A stretch of DNA of 64,000 bases from Chrysomallon squamiferum (lineage: Eukaryota; Animalia; Mollusca): positions 31,496,001 through 31,560,000 of the forward strand of contig CM022671.1 in NCBI GenBank assembly GCA_012295275.1. The letters run 5' to 3'. This document shows positions 60,491-64,000 of the stretch, piece after piece. Numbering within the stretch: position 1 is the first letter of the stretch; each line of letters opens with the position of its first letter. Both the position numbers and the translations under genes were made by a program. Below the pieces are notes generated by a model. It made no database searches. It was given only the letters and a program-made list of their open reading frames with translations, and was not told the DNA's origin.

Positions 60491-60863
60491 ATATTCGGCC
60501 AATTTTTGCTGAAATTTCTGAGTTTGACCAAAAATCAACCATTAAGAAGAAGAAGAAGAAGAATGGGATATTAAAAGACTGAAAAATAATGGAAAAATGA
60601 CGAAACGAAAAAGTTATTGTTAATATTTCGTTCTGGGTCGGTCATTGAAATCTTCTGATAACAAATTGTTTTAATGTCTGTCTCAGTGTTTTACTCAGGT
60701 GGTTTCATTTGTAAAGAAACGTGAAGAACTCAAGATTTATTTTTGTCTTTGTATCTTCGAGACCGGCATTTCAACAGTTGCTATCCCAGAATTAGAAAGG
60801 AAAGCCACATTAAACGTTCAGAAGGCCAAATTTGAACAAAATAAACGACTGGGAATTCTTAAT
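60491..60863 (+). repeat. Left arm of long inverted repeat
   Basis: Reverse complement of 61787-62212; roughly 90% identical by eye, including a 55-bp perfect block (atcttcgagaccggc...aaggaaagcca). Confidence 0.95.
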
Positions 60864-61137
60864 GACGTATTTCAAAAATGCACGTGTTTGATAGTTTAGT
60901 TTCTCGTTCGGCTTGTACCACAAACTACCCTCGGAGCCCTTCACTGGTCTTGATCCCCAATCTTCAAGGCAAAATACCATTCATGATCTTGTGAAAATTT
61001 GACATGCTTTGATTCCGTGGTTTTACCAGTCTTGGGTTGATTGATGTGGAATCAAGAAACGTAACAAAATGAATTGCTAGAAAGTAAGCATTTCGCGATG
61101 ACCATGTCGTGCCCCTGAAAAATACAGAGTTGACCTC

Positions 61138-61157
61138 TGCACGTGTATGCACGTGTA
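61138..61157. promoter_or_regulatory. Tandem E-box pair
   Basis: TGCACGTGTA repeated twice directly (61138-61147, 61148-61157). Confidence 0.45.
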
Positions 61158-61182
61158 TTACGCACAGTCTAGGGACAGCACT

Positions 61183-61255
61183 GGAACATTCTAGAAACAA
61201 ATATAAACATAGCAGTCATGGGAAGATTCTAGAAAGTACCAAAATATTCCGGAAA
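61183..61255. promoter_or_regulatory. Heat shock element cluster (3-pentamer + 7-pentamer HSE)
   Basis: gGAAc aTTCt aGAAa (61183-61197); gGAAg aTTCt aGAAa gTaCc aaAAt aTTCc gGAAa (61221-61255); TATAAA at 61202-61207 between them. Confidence 0.7.
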
Positions 61256-61786
61256 GAATCATCTCCTGAAAGGTACCTGAAGATGAAATGATAAGAATGG
61301 GAAATATATACTTAAAATATATATATATATTTTTTTTTCTAAACCCTCTCATATAATACAAATTAAACATTAATGCCAAATGTACAACTTAACGTAAGAA
61401 AATGAAAGGGGAAATGCTAAAACAAATGTAATAAAATTTTAATTTAAAACCGAAAATTTATTGTTATGTTAATAAGGAAACTGTGTGTCCGCCTATGAAG
61501 CGTATTTACTCCAGACTCAGGGAGATGGTGACCGAAATAGTTCAGAGTGTTGCTGTAATAAAGCTTTGCGCCAAACTGTGAGAGCTATCTTTATTTCTCC
61601 TGAAACCCCCCAAAAAGCAACATTAATTTTAATTAAAATAAATAATTAAATTAAATAAATGAAGAAAAAAAGATGAAGAGAACGAAAAGTGCTGGTCTTA
61701 ATAATCATTATGATGATGACGGGAAAAGATGATGAAATGTTGCTGTTATTCACGATGATTACGATACGATCATGCTAGTGATACAG

Positions 61787-62212
61787 ATTAAAAATTCCCA
61801 GTCATTTATTTTGTTCAAATTTGGTCCTTAAGAAGTTTTAATGTGGCCTTCTGAAGTTTTAATATGGCTTTCCTTTCTAATTCTGGGATAGCAACTGTTG
61901 AAATGCCGGTCTCGAAGATTCAAAGACAAAAATAAATCTTGAGTTATTCGCGTTTCTTCACAGATGAGACCACCTGAGTAAAACACTGAGACAGCAATTA
62001 AAACAATTTGTTATCAGAAGATTTCAGTGACCGACCCAGAACGAAATACTAACAATAACCTTTTCGTTTCGTCGTTTTTCATTATTTTTCAGATTTTAAT
62101 ATCCCATTCTTCTTCTCCATCATCATCATCATCTTCTTCTTCTTCTTCTTCTTCTCTTTGATATTTGCTTTTTGGTCAAACTCAGAAATTTCAGATGAAA
62201 ATGGCTGAATAT
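61787..62212 (-). repeat. Right arm of long inverted repeat
   Basis: Reverse complement of 60491-60863, with an extra ~22-bp internal duplication and an expanded (TTC)/(ATC) tract. Confidence 0.95.
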
Positions 62213-62687
62213 CACAAAATGCGAAACTGAATAAAATTTGTGAGTTCGGACACTTAGTAATCGCTAAAAAGGATATGTGATAATACTCGTTTGATTTCTG
62301 CTTTGACAAACCTTTTTTTGACCTTTTCATAGACATTCAGCATATCGCTTGAAATACAAAATAACGCAACTGTCAAGTGAAAGAATTACTTGAATTTGTC
62401 ATGATCTATCAAACAGTGTCCATGTTGACAACATTTTTCTTTTCCCAGAAACAATAAACATCATACACCACTGTAAGAAAGTAATAAAGATTCTCGCAAA
62501 ACAGTAAAATAGGACTGGCTTAATATCATCATCATCATGATTATTATTATTATTATTACTACTACTACTATTATTATCATTATTGAAGTTGACGAACCTG
62601 ATGTTGTTGTTGTTGTTGTTGTCATTTAAAAACCTTAAAAAGAATCTATAATAATATAGTTTAAAACAAAATATTTTTTCTTCGATC

Positions 62688-62810
<123 letters not shown>

Positions 62811-64000
62811 CTTACTTATACTCTCTCTGACAGACACGCATACCCACGCACATACATATAATAATATATTTTATCGCTATTTATAAGTGCTTCTTCAAAT
62901 AATCTTGCAGTAGTTAAAGCGAAATGAAATATTACAGAACAGGAACATAAAATGAGAACAAATATTGAAAAAAGATTTAATTAATAATAATTATATTTTG
63001 ATATTAATCGGCCACTTTCATTTGCAGAAAATCCTATCCTTAAAATAAAACCTTTAAAAAAAAAAAAAAAAAAAAATGATGTCTTGGGGTTGTTTGGTTA
63101 TTATTTTTTTTAATTTTTAAAATAATATTGTATTACAAAATCTAATAGGTCTTTGACCTATTTGCGGACATGTATATCTTCCTTCAGAAGTTAGCCACAG
63201 AAATAAGCAGCTTTGTCGAACAATCTAGAATTTTTATTATTTTTTTTTTTTCCTTTCTTTATTTAAGCTGTTGATTTTATAACTGCTAGCGAATATAATA
63301 TCTGTGTATTGATTTTTATTTTTATTTTTATTTTTTTTAAATGTTGTTTATTATTACTTTTTAAAATGACTGTTTAGTAATACTAAACTCGGCTACTGGT
63401 TAGCCGACAGGCGTCCCGATTTATTTAGTGAATACATTTTCGTTTATTTAATAAAACATTCGAGAAAGCGACTGGCAAAAATTAGTGATCAAACCGCCTC
63501 GCTGAATCACGTGGCCTTTGTCCTGTCTCTCAATGGATGACTTAATTCTCGTTCCAATCACCATCCCACGATTCGTATATCAAAGATGGTGTTTGTGTTT
63601 CCCAGTATGTTGCTGTAATGTATGTGTCTATGTATGTAAGTATGCACGAATGTGTGTATGTGTTTATGAATGTAAATATGTACGAATGTTTATACGTGTG
63701 TATGTATATAAGTATGTACGAATGTGTGTGTATATGTGTGTGTGTCTGTATAAAGGTATATATATATATATATATAAAAAGGTATATAAGTATGTACGAA
63801 TGTACTTATGTGTATATGAGCATGCCTGCCTTGGGCAGTGCGCACACAGTTCCAAGACTGAGCGTGGAATGAAATAAAACAATTGTGTGGGCGTTATTGC
63901 GTCATAAAGACAAATTAAAACAAGAACATGCAGCTGTGCACGTAAAGGAATTGTTCAAATAACGATTGTCTGAGGCACGTTGCTGGTGCATCCTCGTAAA

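Noticed and set aside
60699-60899. Coding exon within the left IR arm (VVSFVKKREELK...)
   Set aside because: The right-arm copy has two in-frame stops and the peptide is unrecognisable; a few third-position differences are not enough evidence.
60491-62212. Autonomous DNA transposon or hsp70 gene pair
   Set aside because: No transposase or chaperone ORF, no clear TSD, and the outer ends are frayed.

Overview
This is AT-rich, extremely microsatellite-dense eukaryotic DNA. It is most likely intronic or intergenic sequence of a bilaterian invertebrate (inference from the near-consensus CTCF site, the SSR spectrum and CpG-retaining islands; the taxon cannot be fixed from sequence alone). I recognise no protein-coding gene, rRNA, tRNA, CRISPR array or transposase. 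Most ORFs in the supplied track are translations of (AG)n, (ATT)n, (TATG)n, (CA)n or poly-A/T tracts. The window alternates SSR/homopolymer tracts with ~300-700 bp CpG-rich islands carrying textbook metazoan motifs (CTCF, ETS, E-box, YY1, CRE, RFX, TMTCGCGAGA, ARE). The strongest unexplained structure is at ~60.5-62.2 kb: a ~370-430 bp, roughly 90%-identical inverted repeat whose ~0.9 kb spacer holds a heat-shock-element cluster (3 pentamers, then 7 in-phase pentamers) and a tandem E-box pair. A decayed ~36-bp minisatellite at ~30 kb has an HSE-containing consensus and resembles that cluster, which hints at a dispersed HSE-carrying repeat. Other notable features are a 75-bp higher-order minisatellite (55.1-55.6 kb), an A-B-B-A degenerate repeat (11.6-11.9 kb) and several palindromes. 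All coordinates and identities were read by eye.
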